A stretch of DNA of 64,000 bases from Oopsacas minuta (GCA_024704765.1 JAKMXF010000340.1:159911-223910), one strand, 5' to 3'. Numbered from the stretch's first letter, positions 45,701 through 60,700 are shown. Notes: generated from the letters alone by a model not told the origin. Program-made: numbers and translations.

Positions 45701-48700
45701 TGTAAATAACACTTACCCTCTCTACCCCATTACTTGCCGCACAACACAGAGTTACATTATCAAGCTCATAACTCGTATCACAGCAAACATATCCATCTCT
45801 ACTAGAATAAGTAACTCCATTACAACAGACTGTATCAACATTAGATACAACTGTTTCTCCACAACACATTGTATTTATGTGCTGTGATACAACGTTACCT
45901 CCACAGCACATAAAGTTATCGTTATCAGTGTAGGGAGTTGTACCGCAACAAGCATCACCTATAGAGTGAATATACTATTTGATTTACAAGGATAAAAGTG
46001 CAGTACAGTTCGCATAATAGAAATTTGTGTATTCGCAAGGGAAATTCAAATAGGATTAGCTGATCGGCGAACTATACTGCATTTATAGATCCAGTTGATA
46101 CGAATAACGATAAGACGAATATTTTGGCTGTTAATTGGTGTACGCGTTCTAATAGTATATGTACGAAAATTCAAAGACCCTGTCTTCCGAGTTCTACTGT
46201 ATATAGTATTGGAAAAAAGTGTTCAAGATTATCATGTGAATCCATTGCTCCAAATTTGATCTCCCTTACCTGATCCTACATTAACTGTATTTCCATCATC
46301 ACAGCAGATATCTCCAGGTCCTATAAACTGATACACACCTCCACAACAACCATAATCACTTTGGACATCGTAGAAACTACCTCCACAACACACATCACTA
46401 ACTGACACACGTTCAATATAAGTACCACCACAACATGCGTGATTATCAGCTTGAGGGTACAGTGTATCCTCACAACACACATGTGTTGATGCTGTATAGC
46501 ACTGATATCCACAACTTGACTGTCCTAATGGACAATCTACATAGTCACATGTATCTTGATCTGTGCTCTGTGAGCAGGGTATCACATAGCGGAGATAGAG
46601 AGAATAGCTTGTAATATCTCCGTTTGTGACAGTGGGAGCAGCTAAATAGAGTTAAATAAACAAGTGTTTCTCAAAGTAGCCCCTGTGATTATAATAGTAG
46701 GGACAAAAACTTAGAAATGGTTGATATTATGATAAGCAATTTGTGGGTGCTGGCAAAATATACATGTATAATTATGGACCCAGGCGAAGAAGATTGAGAA
46801 ACTTCACAAAATCTTCGGTTAGCTGTGTACGTATTACCTACCCCAATTAGCAAGGAATGAATCATGTTGTACATCTGATACATTAGGAGAATCAAATCCA
46901 GTGGGAGGAGATTGTAGAGTACGAATTGAATAGGAATCACTTGGAGTACATTCAAATCGAGTACAAGCAACAAGCTATATAAAAATAAACTAATATAAAT
47001 TATATATTGATAATGTTTACGAAAAGCGAAAGTAAAAAGCGATTAGTGGTCCCAACCTCTTCACCCGTGGTCCCCCTATACCAATTATAACACATGTTAA
47101 GGGCATCTCCCGCAGACTGCAACAGATCCTTTCATTCCTGTGGACCCCCTGCTGTCCTCCATGGACCACCAAGGGATCCATAAACCCCAGGTTGGGAAGA
47201 GTTACATTGGATATTTGAAAATTTTACTTGAGGAATAATTTTTCAATGACGGAACCAAAATATATGTACAGTGGAGTCTCCGAATAACGGACACGTTGGG
47301 GTATGGTATCTGTCCGTTGTAGAGAATTGTCCGCTCCTCGGAGACTGCTTAAGTATTAATTACATGCTTGGCGAATTCAATCCCTGCAACGAGGTTTATC
47401 CGTTGTAGGCGGTTGTCCGCTTTACGGAGTGTCCCTTTTGGGAGACTCCACTGTAAATACAAACATCTTCCAACAAACCTCAAATGAATATACTGTATAA
47501 GGCATCAATCCCATAGCTATAAACACTCCACTAAAATTATCAGTATATACAGATACACCATCTAGTATGATGTTATATGACACAATAACTCCATTAGGTT
47601 GTTCAGGCTCTACCCATTCAACTTGAATAGCTGTTGAGCTTATGGCAGTGAGTATAGGAGGGAATACACCTTTAGGTGCTCCGTCTAGTGTTGTAGCCTC
47701 AGCAATGTTGCTCGTGGCGTATCCAACTCCATTGAAGAGAATTACCTAGCAAAACAGTAAACAAGGTATAGAAATGTCTATAAACAAAAATTGATATAAA
47801 TTTGTGGTAACTAGGAATATTTTCGGCTAAGGTATGAGGAATGAAAAATTTCCAAAGCTCATTTTTGGAACTAAGGTTTGGAGAAGCCTTAGAATGAAAT
47901 CCAACTGCATTTACGAGAAATTATTATTTAGCCAATGATATTAAGATAGAAGGTTCTCAAGCCGCGCAGCGCAAGCAAGCAAGAGAAGCTGCTTGTGCGA
48001 GATTAAGTATGGGTTAAACAAACCTGAAATCTATATGTAATACTTGGATTCAGTCCAGTAACAGAAAACATATTATCTGTTCCATTGAAGAATGACATAA
48101 CAAACTGTCCAGATCCCACCTGATTGCCTATAACTTCAAAATTAACAACCTCACCTCTCACTACATCAATACTTGGTGTCATCCATTGAAGGAGAATAAT
48201 AGAGCTTGTGGTAGTAGTGGCATTGAGTGTAACGCCTGCTAATGGTGTATCAGCTAGTGTTCGTATTTGACTTGTGTTACCATATGTTATGGTGCCTGCT
48301 CCGTTGGTTACATCAAGGGAGTATTGATATTCATGGAATGGGAGAAGTGAGCTGTCATTGTAGCTTAGGAAAAGACCTATAAAATGGAAATATTCTTAAA
48401 ATACGAAATTGAAAGAATTTTCATGAAGAATGATGATAAATATCCGAAATTTTGGATAGACTAAACTTGATTAATAAGTACTCGAAGAATAGAAAATTCG
48501 AGAACTATATATCATGAAATCTGGGCAATTAATACCATTCAACACAACTTTCTGACAATTGGTATATACCTTGAGCTATCTGGACATAATCTCCACCATC
48601 TTCTCTCCTGAATAGGGTATAATACATAATCAATCCATTAGGCATTGTAGGCTCAAGCCAAGATATCACCAGCTCAGTAGATGAAACAATATCAACATTA

Positions 48701-51700
48701 ATCTCACTGAATCCAGATGACAATACTTGTCCGGTTTGGATAACAACAACATCACTCTCAGTACAACCACCAAACGTACAAGCTGTAATACTAATACTAT
48801 AATTCTGATATGGAGATAGATCGTGTAATGTGAAGCCTGTCAAGCTTGGATGTAATCCTATGATGATCAGGTTTGGTAGGTCAGTAGGTTCGTATTTGAG
48901 TATATACTCAGAGATGATACCGTTTGGCACTGCAGGTTCTAACCATATTATTTGTATTGAAGTAGGTTGTATTAGAGTTAGTGTAGGTGCTTCTATAGAA
49001 GATGGTTCTAGGAAAGAAAATGTGAGAAAAATTGAGAGAATGAGAGTCAACATACCAAAATTGCAGCTGGGGTCATTTCTTAAAAAATTACCATCAATGA
49101 ACTTGCAGGGACTTATGTGACACTATGATATACTGTATATATAAATTCTAGAGCATTTGTACACACCTTTAAGAAATACAACATTTTGCCAATTTAGAAT
49201 CCAAACGAGAAATATTTTCCCAAAAATCGCAATGACTGAAGGTGACGCATGGTGCATGAGAAAGGGAATCCACTGTGTAGGAAGTTGGAAGAGTTGTAAA
49301 ATTATAAATAGGAAGGGAAAATGTATGCAAATATTTTCAATGAACTAATATACTACAGTCAAAAGACATTCAAGAAATGAAAAACGTCAAATTAATCCAA
49401 AATCGTTATAGCTGAGGCATTTCGTAAATTTTGATTGCATACAAATAATCGCAAACATTTTACTCAAAATAAGTAAACTTACGCGTTTGAAGAGTGGTAA
49501 TATTCGCATACGAACTAGCTATACTCCCAGCACTATTCACAGCCACAACACGGTAATGTACAAGTAGAAATGGTGTAAGCACATTCTCATCACTATCGAT
49601 ATACATAAGCGTATCATTAGCATCAAGTGTTGCTATTTGTATAGCTGCATCTGGTGGTAACAGTCTTTCTACGAAGTATGTATGTATTATGCCGTTAGGG
49701 GATAACGGGGTGTCCCAGCGTATTACTACTGAAGTAGATGATGAACTCTCCAGACTAGGTGGAGATAAATTCTCAGGAGCTGAAAGAATAAATAAAATAT
49801 AATGAAATCAGGTGAGTGAGAATTAAGTATCATGCGCTTCAAAACATCAATAAATGTAGGAAACAATTTTCGCGAAGAATATTAAGTCAGGAATGTAAGT
49901 GACTGCGCACAAGTGGCGGAACAAATACTAGGTGCATTATCTGGCGCTATCTACACCACTGGATCAGATTCAGATCCTAGATTGAGGGATTTTCTTAGTT
50001 TAACCAATAGTCAAAATTCTGACAGAGCTTACACACCCCAAAGGGAGAGCTCCCATAATGTAATGAGTGTAGTGTTCAATTCAGCACCGTTTTAAGTCCC
50101 CAATCTGCCCCTTGTCCAATAAATGTAAAACATTAATCATCTCCTTTATCAACATCTAAAATATAGTAGAATACTACATTCTTGAGATATTACGTATATT
50201 AATGGATAAAATAATCATTGGGTCATCTCCTAAAAGTAAAATATAAGTGGGAAAAGTTTGTACTATTAAATCTCAAATCTATTAGAATTTCTCATATTAC
50301 ACGATAAAGAACAACATTACGTCATCTCCTAGTAAATTTCAGGGAAGACATAAATGTTGAGTGAAATTACAATAAATTACATCATCTCCTAATAGTAATA
50401 TTCTGACAATCAAGTAATAGTATATGTCCAAGCTAATGAGTATAAAATCAAGTTTCCTAGACAGAAATACAAATAAGGTTTTGGAATTATTGTTACAAAT
50501 TTCAGAAAAAAGTTAATTTGCAATCAGTGACACTGATCTCGGAATAGTCATGAAGAAAATCGGTAATATATGCCTATTGTTAGGTTTGGTGACGTATTTG
50601 TATTATTATGCAGTGGTTGAAGCTGTCGATTGTTCTACTGGAGCAGGATATTGTAATTATTATAGTAACTATCTACGGTGCTACATCACCAATAATGAAA
50701 CTCAGGGTATTAAGAGTTTGTTAAGTTACTGTAGCGGTCAGAGCACAGGATTTGTTACAATATATGTGTACAAAAACTACCTATCAACAGTATACGGGAA
50801 TCTAATCATTGATATAGAATTAGCCTCAAATATCCAATTTTTATACATTTACTATTCCAGAGATCAAGACAATATCCGTTTAACTACATCTAGTCAAAAT
50901 ACTGGATTAACGAGGATATATAGTAACTATCATATCCAGCTCGAGTCTGGTAACTTTTTCAATTACTTCACAGGTCTAAAGTCTATCTACACGAGTTATT
51001 GTATTACAAAAGAAACACCATCTTTCACAAATCTGCAATATCTAACTTATCTCTTCGCTAGAATAATCGGTTCGTCCACGCGTACATTTGATAACACAAT
51101 CGTTAGAGGATTATCAAACTTGGTTGTCCTAAGTTTCTATAACTCGGATTTCAATGGAATAACTACAGGATCATTGGATGGCTTGAACTCGTTAACTTTT
51201 CTGAGCTTCCAAAACAATAAATTAAGTAGTATTGAGGATGGAACATTCGATGAACTCCCAAGCCTATTAACACTCCATCTTCAAAATAATGGACTAAGGA
51301 TTACCTCAAATAATGTTTTCGAAGGTTTAAATGAACTGACAGAAATGAGATTAGATGGGAATCCAGGATTTCCTATTGAAGCACTGATACATACAAGATC
51401 TCTAAGGTATGTGAACTTACAGTACAATGAGTATCATACGCTAGAGCCGTATGTATTCCAGCAAATGAAATCACCAAGCAGCATCCATATATATTTAAAC
51501 GACCCGTTCATCTGCGACTGTAGATTACAATGGACCTCAATTGTATCGCAATATGGAGTATATATATATTATGGATTATGTTCTGAACCAAACATTTTCT
51601 CCCAAAAGTCTATAACTAATACACAGTTGTATTCAAATTGCTCACAAACAGAATCTTATCAATGCTTTAACAAATCGATAACCTGTCCTAGTAATCAAGT

Positions 51701-54700
51701 ATGTCATAATACACAAGATGGTTACTTTTGTAATTGTCCAAGAGGATATTCACTGCATAATTCAGGAGAATGTAGAGACTTCGATGAATGTGATGAGGAA
51801 ACTGAATGCGAGCATACCTGTGACAACACACAAGGTTCATACCATTGTGGATGTGAAGAAGGATACGAGCTAGCTACTAATGGGTATGACTGTGAAGATG
51901 TTAATGAGTGTCAGGAATGGAATGGAGGATGTGAGTTTGGTTGTAGCAATTCCATAGGTTCATATCAGTGTTATTGTGAGTATGGACACAAACTTTATAA
52001 CGAAACTCAATGTGAGGAAAGTATAGAATGCGAATTAATGGGAGATAGTTACAATACTTCCCTGGGAAGTAGTTTTACTTGTAAAGGGGGATTCAATATA
52101 TCCATCTTCAACCTTTCTTGTCTGAGTGTAAATCCTCAAGAAATCATTCTATCTAGCGAAACTACATCTCAATCAACAATCCTGTCAACAAAATCTGAAT
52201 TTGGGTTGGCCATCCCAGCATTAGGGCTAATGAGTATTTCGTTAGTCTTCAATGTATTTCAACTAATCGTTATCATATGCTTACTCGTTTTTGTTATAAG
52301 AAAGATGAACACAATGCAAGGTGCCTCAAAGCTAAAAGATGCAAATGATCCTCATATCCACAGCAATCCGTATTACAATGAAGCAATGTATAATTCAATT
52401 GATGAATTGGAAAATCAAGAAAGTTCTACAGCAGTTACTGGCGAGACGAAGGCAAATCTAAAGAATCTTCCCAAGTTTCTGGCACCTCAAAATTATCCTG
52501 GGATGCAAGATGAAATTGCAGATTATGAGACTTTGTAATATAGCCAAGTTTCTCAAAGCTATTACGGACATTAGTTTATTAAACAGGACTAAACTATAGG
52601 TTTGTCCTCATAGTGTGATTACATAGGTCTCCCCAGTATTGTATATTTGTTAGGTTTACTCTTGTATTTGAGTGTGATGATAGTTCTTAGATTAGATACC
52701 TGTATTTGTCAGGGAATGTCGTGTTTGATTAATTATTAGTTGTGTGCTCTATCTTTGCTTTATATTACAATTAATGGGATGACAATAACTAGCAGTAGGG
52801 GTGGTATATACTGTTACGGCGAGAATCGTACGAAATTTCACGTAACATTTACTTTTTTGCCTTGAAGGTTTCAACATCTATGTGTTCAGAGAAGAAATGT
52901 TACGACTTTAGTATAACCGGTGTCAGAGGGGCAGTGGTCCTCCGGGTGAGCTGTCCCCCCGGACTTGTGGCACTAGGGTGATATGTCCCCCGGACCTCTG
53001 GCACTAGGGTCAGTAGTCCGAGGGACATCTGACCCAAAGTGGGGACTACTTACCCTAGTGCCAGAGGTCCGGGGGGACACTCCACACTAGTGCCATTCGT
53101 CGGCGGGACTCCTTGCCCTAGTGTCACTAGTCCGGGGGACATTTGGCCCTAGTGCCACTAGTCCGGGGGGACAGAATTTAGGGAGGACACATGACACTAC
53201 CACACAGGGAATAAATAACCATGAATTATACATATATTATAAAGTTGAAACCTGTATAATGTTAGTATAATTCATATACATATATTATACAGGTTTCAAC
53301 TTTATAGTATATGTATAATTCATAGAAAAATTTAGTGAAGGCATAAATATTGTGTGAAATCACAATAATTTACATCATCTCCTATAGAAATATTCTAACA
53401 ATCAAGTAATAGTTGTCCAAGCTAATGAGTATAAAATCAAGTTACCCAGGCAGAAATGAAAATAAGGTTTTGGAATTATTGTTACAAATTTCAGAAAAAA
53501 GGTAAATTGCAATCAGTAATACTCATCTCAGAATAGTCATGAAGAAAATGGGTAATAAATGCTTGTTGTTATGTTTAGTGATATGTTTGTATTGTTATGT
53601 TGAGGTTGAGATGTCGGATTGTAGAAATGAAGCAGGTTTTTGTGATTATTACAGAAGCTATCTCGAGTGTTACATTTTCAATAATGAAACTCAGTATATT
53701 AAGAGTTTGTTAAGCTACTGTAGCGGTCAGAGCACAGGATTTGATATCATAATTGTGTACAAAAACTACGTATCAAGAGTATACGGGAATCTAATCATTG
53801 ATATAGAATTAGCCTCAAATATCCAACGATTGAAAATTTTCAATCTCAAAGATCAAGATTATATCCGTTTAACTACATCTAGTCAAAATACTGGATTAAC
53901 GAGGATATTTGTTAGTAGTAGTTATAATATCCAACTCGAGTCTGGGAACTTTTTCAATTACTTCACAGATCTAAAATCTATCTTCGTGGGTTATTGTATT
54001 TCAAAAGAAACACCATCTTTCACAAATCTACAATATCTAACTTATCTTAGCGTTAAAATAGTAGGTGTGTCCCTACGTACATTTGATAACACAATCGTTA
54101 GAGGATTATCAAACTTAATTTACCTAAGTTTCCATAACTCGGATTTCAATGGAATAAATAAAGGATCATTGGATGGGTTGAACTCGTTAACGCTTCTGAG
54201 CTTCCAAAACAATAAATTAAGCATTATTGAGGATGGCACATTCAGTGAACTCTCAAGTCTGTTAAGACTCAATCTTCAAAATAATGGAATAAAGATTATA
54301 TCAAATAATGTTTTCGAAGGTTTAACTGAACTGACATACCTAAGATTAGATGAGAATCCTGGATTCCCTATTGAAGCACTGATACATACAAGATCTCTAA
54401 GGGATGTAAACATAGAGTACAATGATTATCATACTCTAGACCCATATGTATTCCAACAAATGAAATCACTAAGCAGAATATATTTAAGTGATCCGTTCAT
54501 CTGCGACTGTAGTTTACAATGGACGTCAATTGTATCTCAATATGGGGTAAATATAAATAATGGATTTTGTTCTGAACCAAACAATTTCCTCCTAAAGTAT
54601 ATTACAAATCCAAAGTTGTATACAAATTGCTCACAAACAGAATCTTATCAATGCTTCGACAAGTCTATAACCTGTCCCAGTAAGGAAGTATGTCATAATA

Positions 54701-57700
54701 TACAAGATAGTCACTTTTGTGGTTGTCCTATAGGTTATCTGCAACATAGTTCAGGAGAATGTGTAGATGAAGATGAATGCGAAGTGGTAACTGAATGCGA
54801 GCATGCCTGTGAGAACACAAAAGGTTCATATAATTGTATATGTGAAGAAGGATACAAGCTAGCTAAAAATGGATACGACTGTGATGATGTTAATGAATGT
54901 CAGGAATGGAATGGAGGATGTCAGTTTGGATGTAGAAATACTATAGGTTCATTTGAGTGTTATTGTGAGCTAGGACACCAACTCCATAATGAAACTCATT
55001 GCGAGAGTAAGATACAATGTGACGTAGTAGATAGTAATGGCTCTCATGAAAATAGTTTCAAATGCCAAGGAGGATTCAACCTTACAATCACGAATCTGAC
55101 TTGCTCAAAAATGAGTGATACTACTCGACATGTTACAACCGTTGCTATAAAAGTGACAACAAATACTACGAAAGTAATATGTGTTCTATCAGTTATCATT
55201 GGAATTCTACTCATTTACATAGCAAGACAGAAGAGAAGATCGCAGAATGTCATGACAATTGGACAAGAAACCAAAAACATGGGAATTATTGCAAAAGATC
55301 GCAATATTCTCACAAACATCACTGCTGATTGTTATAAACATTCCATGATGCCTACCAAGGATATGTTTCCTCATCCGAGAAGTATAGGACAGCAAGATAC
55401 TGTCGATATCGAGAACAATAAATGACATCCCAGTTACCATTGACTCTATTTGATATTATCTATAACTATAGGTTAACCCTCATAGTGTGTATATTTACTC
55501 CTCCCCGGTAATGTATACAAGATACTCACTACCTTTAAGCTCTGTATTCCTATTTAGTCAGGGATTATTATGTTTATGATTATACTCGGGGGAATGGCAG
55601 TAGCTGACTATATATAAATCGATTTTCCATTATAGGTTAAACAAGCCTAAACGGCCCAACTCTGCTTAAGAAGCTATAGTGGTTGGTGACTTATTAAGAA
55701 ACCACTGCTTTACCCGTTATGATACAAGAGAAATAGGAAACTTTGTGCTTGTGGCAAATATTTTAACAATGTAATATACATTACTAGTTCGTTGAAAACT
55801 ATATCTAGGACTGGACCTAATTATAATTCAAGCAAATGTATTTACCAAATTTACTTCAATATTCGTATTGGGTGATTCTTTGCACGAAAATAGGAATATT
55901 ACGAACACTATTCAATATATATACAGCGGAGTCTCCAAATAACGGACACGTTGGGGGCATAGTTACTGTCCGTTGTAGAGAATTGTACCTTCTCGGAGAC
56001 TGCTTAAAAAGTAATTACATGCTTGGAAAATTCAATCCGTGCCATGAGGTTGTCCCTTGCATGGAGTTGTCCGCTTTTCGGAGTGTCCGTTTTGGGAGAC
56101 TCTACTGTATATAAAATCAAATGTGTTTAGAGTCTATTGGAACACTTAGTAATGTATACTTTCTGACTTCAGTCAGCCAAATGGTAATCAATCCCCTGGG
56201 ATCATTGCTAAGATCTATAATATGATTACATGATACAGGTGTAATACTAAACTCTATGCTAAGAGTCAGCAATCATAAGTAACAAAAGTACGGGTAGTAT
56301 ATATTATTACATATATGATAGGTATTAGTCTCCAATGTTGTGAGGGTAATACTCAGGTTATAAATACAATAATCTCTGAAGAAATAATACAAACGCATCG
56401 AAGACAAATATACAAGAACTCTGTTAGTGGCTGAAAACTAAAAGTAATAGTTACTCGTTATGAAGAAGGAGGTAATATATGTCTGTTGTTAGGTTTGGTG
56501 ATATGTTTGTATTGCTATGTTGAGGTTGAGATGTTAGATTGTAGTAATGAAGCAGGGTATTGTAATAATGGTACTGACAATCTCAATTGTTACATTTCCA
56601 ATAATCAAACTCAGTATATTAAGAGTTTGTTAAGCTTCTGTAGCGGTCAGAACACAGGATATGTTTCAATAGCTGTGATCAAAAACTACGTATCAACAGT
56701 ATACGAGAATCTAATCATTGATATAGAATTAGCCTCAAATATCCAATATTTATCCATTTCCAATTACATTTACAAAGATCAAGATACTATCCGTTTAACT
56801 ACATCTAGTCAAAATACTGGATTAACGAGGATATATGTAAATAGTAACTATCATATGCAACTCGAGTCTAAAAACTTTTTCAATTACTTCACAGGTCTAA
56901 AAGACATCTTCGTGGGTTATTGTATTTCAAAAGAAACACCATCTTTTACAAATCTACAATATCTAACTTATCTTAGCGTTGGAATAGTAGGTTCGTCCAC
57001 GCGGATATTTGATAACACAATCGTTAGAGGATTATCAAACTTGATTTACCTAAGTTTCTATAACTCGGATTTCAATGGAATAAATAAAGGATCATTGGAT
57101 GGTTTGAACTCGTTAACGCATCTGAGCTTTAGAAACAATAAATTAAGCATTATTGAGGATGGTACATTTAGTGAACTCTCAAGTCTGTTAGGACTCCATC
57201 TTTCAAATAATGGACTAAGGATTACCTCAAATAATGTTTTCGAAAGTTTAACTAAACTGACAAAACTGAGTTTAGATGAGAATCCAGGATTCCCTATTGA
57301 AGCACTGATACATACAAAATCTCTAAGGTCTTTAAACTTACAGTACAATGATTACCATACTTTAGACCCATATGTATTGCAGCAAATGAAATCACTAAGC
57401 ACTATATATTTAAACGACCCGTTCATTTGCGACTGTAGATTACAATGGACGTCAATTGTCTCGCAGTATGGGTTAAATATAAGTAATGGATTTTGTTCTG
57501 AACCAAACAATTTCCTCCTAAAGTATATTACTAATCCACAGTTGTATTCAAATTGCTCACAAACAGAATCTTATCAATGCTTTAACAAGTCTATAACCTG
57601 TCCAAGTAATCAAGTATGTCATAATACACAAGATGGTTACCTTTGTAGTTGTCCAAGAGGATATTCACTGCACAATTCAGGAGAATGTAGAGACTTCGAT

Positions 57701-60700
57701 GAATGTAATGAGGAAACTGAATGCGAGCATACCTGTGTCAACACAGAAGGTTCATACCATTGTGTATGTGATGAAGGATATATGCTAGCTACTACTAATG
57801 GATATGACTGTGATGATGTTAATGAGTGTCAGGAATGGAATGGAGGATGTGAGTTTGGTTGTAGAAATTCCATAGGTTCATATCAGTGTTATTGTGAGCA
57901 TGGATACCAACTGTATAACGAAACCCATTGTGAGGAAGGTATTGAATGCGAATTAATGGGAGATGCTTGCATTAATCCCATAGAAAGTAGTTATAATTGC
58001 AAAGGGGGGCTCAATGTATCGATCTTTAACCTTTCTTGCCCTAATATGAATTCTCAAGGAAACATTGAATCAAGTGAAACTACAGCTCTATCAACAGTAG
58101 GGCTTATGAGTATTTCGTTAGTCTTCAATGTATTTCAACTAATCGTTATCATATGCTTACTTATTTTTGGTATAAGAAAGATGAACACAATGCAAGGTGC
58201 ATTAAAGTCTAAAGATGCAAAAGATCCTCATATCCACAACAATCCTTATTACAATGAAGCAATGTATAATTCAATTGACGAATTGGAAAATCAAGAAAGT
58301 TCTACAGCAGCTACTGGCGAGACGAAGGCAAATCTAAAGAAACTTTCCAATTTTCTGGCACCTCAACATTATCCCGGGATGCAAGATAAAATTGCAGATT
58401 ATGAGACTTTGTAACATAGCCAAGTTTCTCAAAGCTATTACAGACATTAGTTTATTAAACAAGACTAAACTATAGGTTTGTCCTCATAGTGTGATTACAT
58501 AGGTCTCCCCAGTATTTTGTATTCACTAAGTTTACTCTTGGATTTGAGTTTGATAATATTTCTTAGATTTGATTCCTGAATTAGTCAGGAATTCTCTAGT
58601 GTGATTACTATAAGTTGTATGCTTAATCTTACTCTCATATGGCTCATGAGTTCAACGGGACATTATTTCTAAAGGAAATTGGGTAATATGGATTTGGAAC
58701 ATTGTATGGAATAGGACTCAAATATAGCGCAACCTCTATAAGTGAGGCTTCTCCTAATTGGGCAAGGGGACATCAATTCGGGGGGCAATTTTGGTCGACT
58801 TTCATTCATTTCCATAGAAACGAACTTCTGTGAAAAAGGAATAAAGCATACTTTAAAGGAAATTATGCGATAAAATTTCTTGAATAAATATAATCAATTT
58901 TTGTGCTAAATTTGGAGAGAACGAATTTATTGCTTTGATGAATTGAATCTTTTTGGTTTCTCTGAATAAAATTTCTTTGTACAGTATACTCAACCAAAAA
59001 CCTTAGGGAACATTATAATAATCAAAATCATTAAACAACAGTCGTTAGAGGAAGTGGCTATACATATTGTCTCAAAATCTCTGGTTATAGCACATTTGTA
59101 ATTGAATTTTGTATTTATGGGAAATGGGGCTTATAAGGAGATTTGCCGTCCCGAACTCCCATACTTATAGAGGTTCTACTTTGTATCGGGATTATCACAA
59201 ACCTCGAAATCAAGTACGCAGTATACATATTTATCTACAATGCTGATAATATAAACTAATTTACCATCTTCTAGTGTAGTTACAATTACGTCATCACTCC
59301 TGAAGCATCCAACAGCAGTACAAGCTTCAATAGCAAAACTATACTGAGTGAATGGAGTAAGCAATGGAATAGTACTCTCCAGTGTTCCAGAACTAACAGT
59401 AGATATTTCTACACCATTCTGTATGATGATATACTGTATTAACTGTCCATTGGGGGTAGATGGAGGTACCCATGATAATTGTACTGATCTAGACTGTACG
59501 TCACTTATAGTAGGAGCTGGCAGATCCTCAGGGACTATAAAAGGGTTGGAAATAAATCATTTTCATTATACATCAAGCTAATAGCTACAGTGTAAATAGT
59601 GTATCGATACTCGATAGGGAATTCACATGCAACACTCTATGTAGTGAAAATTGCATAGAATATTGGAAATCGATCATTTTTGGAAATTTTGAAATACAGG
59701 TAGTTTGCATACAGTGCAACCTCGACTATCCAAACTGGAGTATTGTTCGGATAATCAAGGATACACTGTAATAGGAACAAGAAGTATAATAGCGCATTTA
59801 CAGCGTCTATCATTCGTTTATTGAAATGGGGCATTTGACAAACATTCCTATACGAGATCTTTTAGTATGTTTACTGTCATCCAATACATGAATTTGAGCC
59901 AACTTAGCCCAAGTAATCATTCTCCAAACTCTCAATTAATTCCGCTAATAGTGAATGCATGGATGTCATTCAAAACAGCAAAGCAATGCAAATTTCAATG
60001 TAATGTAGTTGGCATAGTAACAGACATGGTCCAAAGGAATTTTCAACATTTTGTTTGATAACTCTACACTTCACAAATGGATATATCACTCATTTCAAGC
60101 ATCAAATCCAAAGACAAATATACCCAGCAATTGAAAAGATAAATCATTGAAAACTAAAAATGACTATACTTTAGAACTACTTCAGATTGAACAATTCTAA
60201 GAGGATTACACCACGAAGGAGATTACTAGAAAGAGATGCTTGAAATACAGTAGACCCCGCTGAATAAAGGGACAGGATAATCTGAGTAAATAGTGCCCCT
60301 ATAAGCTCATCAAATATTTAACCATGGCATAGTTCGCATATCTGCTTGAATGATATATAGGTTTGTTTGTTTGGGTATTTCCCTTTGATTAGAGACTATG
60401 ATTGCTTGGATGTTGTCAAGGATTTTTGATGCGGGATTATAGGGGGAATTTCTATAAAGCATAAAATAAAACAAAATCCACCATCCATGGTTAAATATCC
60501 AAAAGCATATAGAGGAACGATTTTTGTCAAAACGACCCTATTAAGTGGAATCTATGTGTCTATTGAATGTGATATATTCCTAATTTGTCACAAAGCACTC
60601 TCTCAAGAAGGAAATTATCATGAACATTTGATAAAGAAAGAAGTTGAAGAACCTTTAGTAAAAGGTATAGTTATTGACGAAGCGAAGCAATGCTGTGTTG

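Noticed and set aside
49913-50095. 60-aa ORF upstream of receptor 1; also 60487-60789 and 61209-61502
   Set aside because: Short, with no motif or homolog inside the window, and within intronic or repeat sequence.
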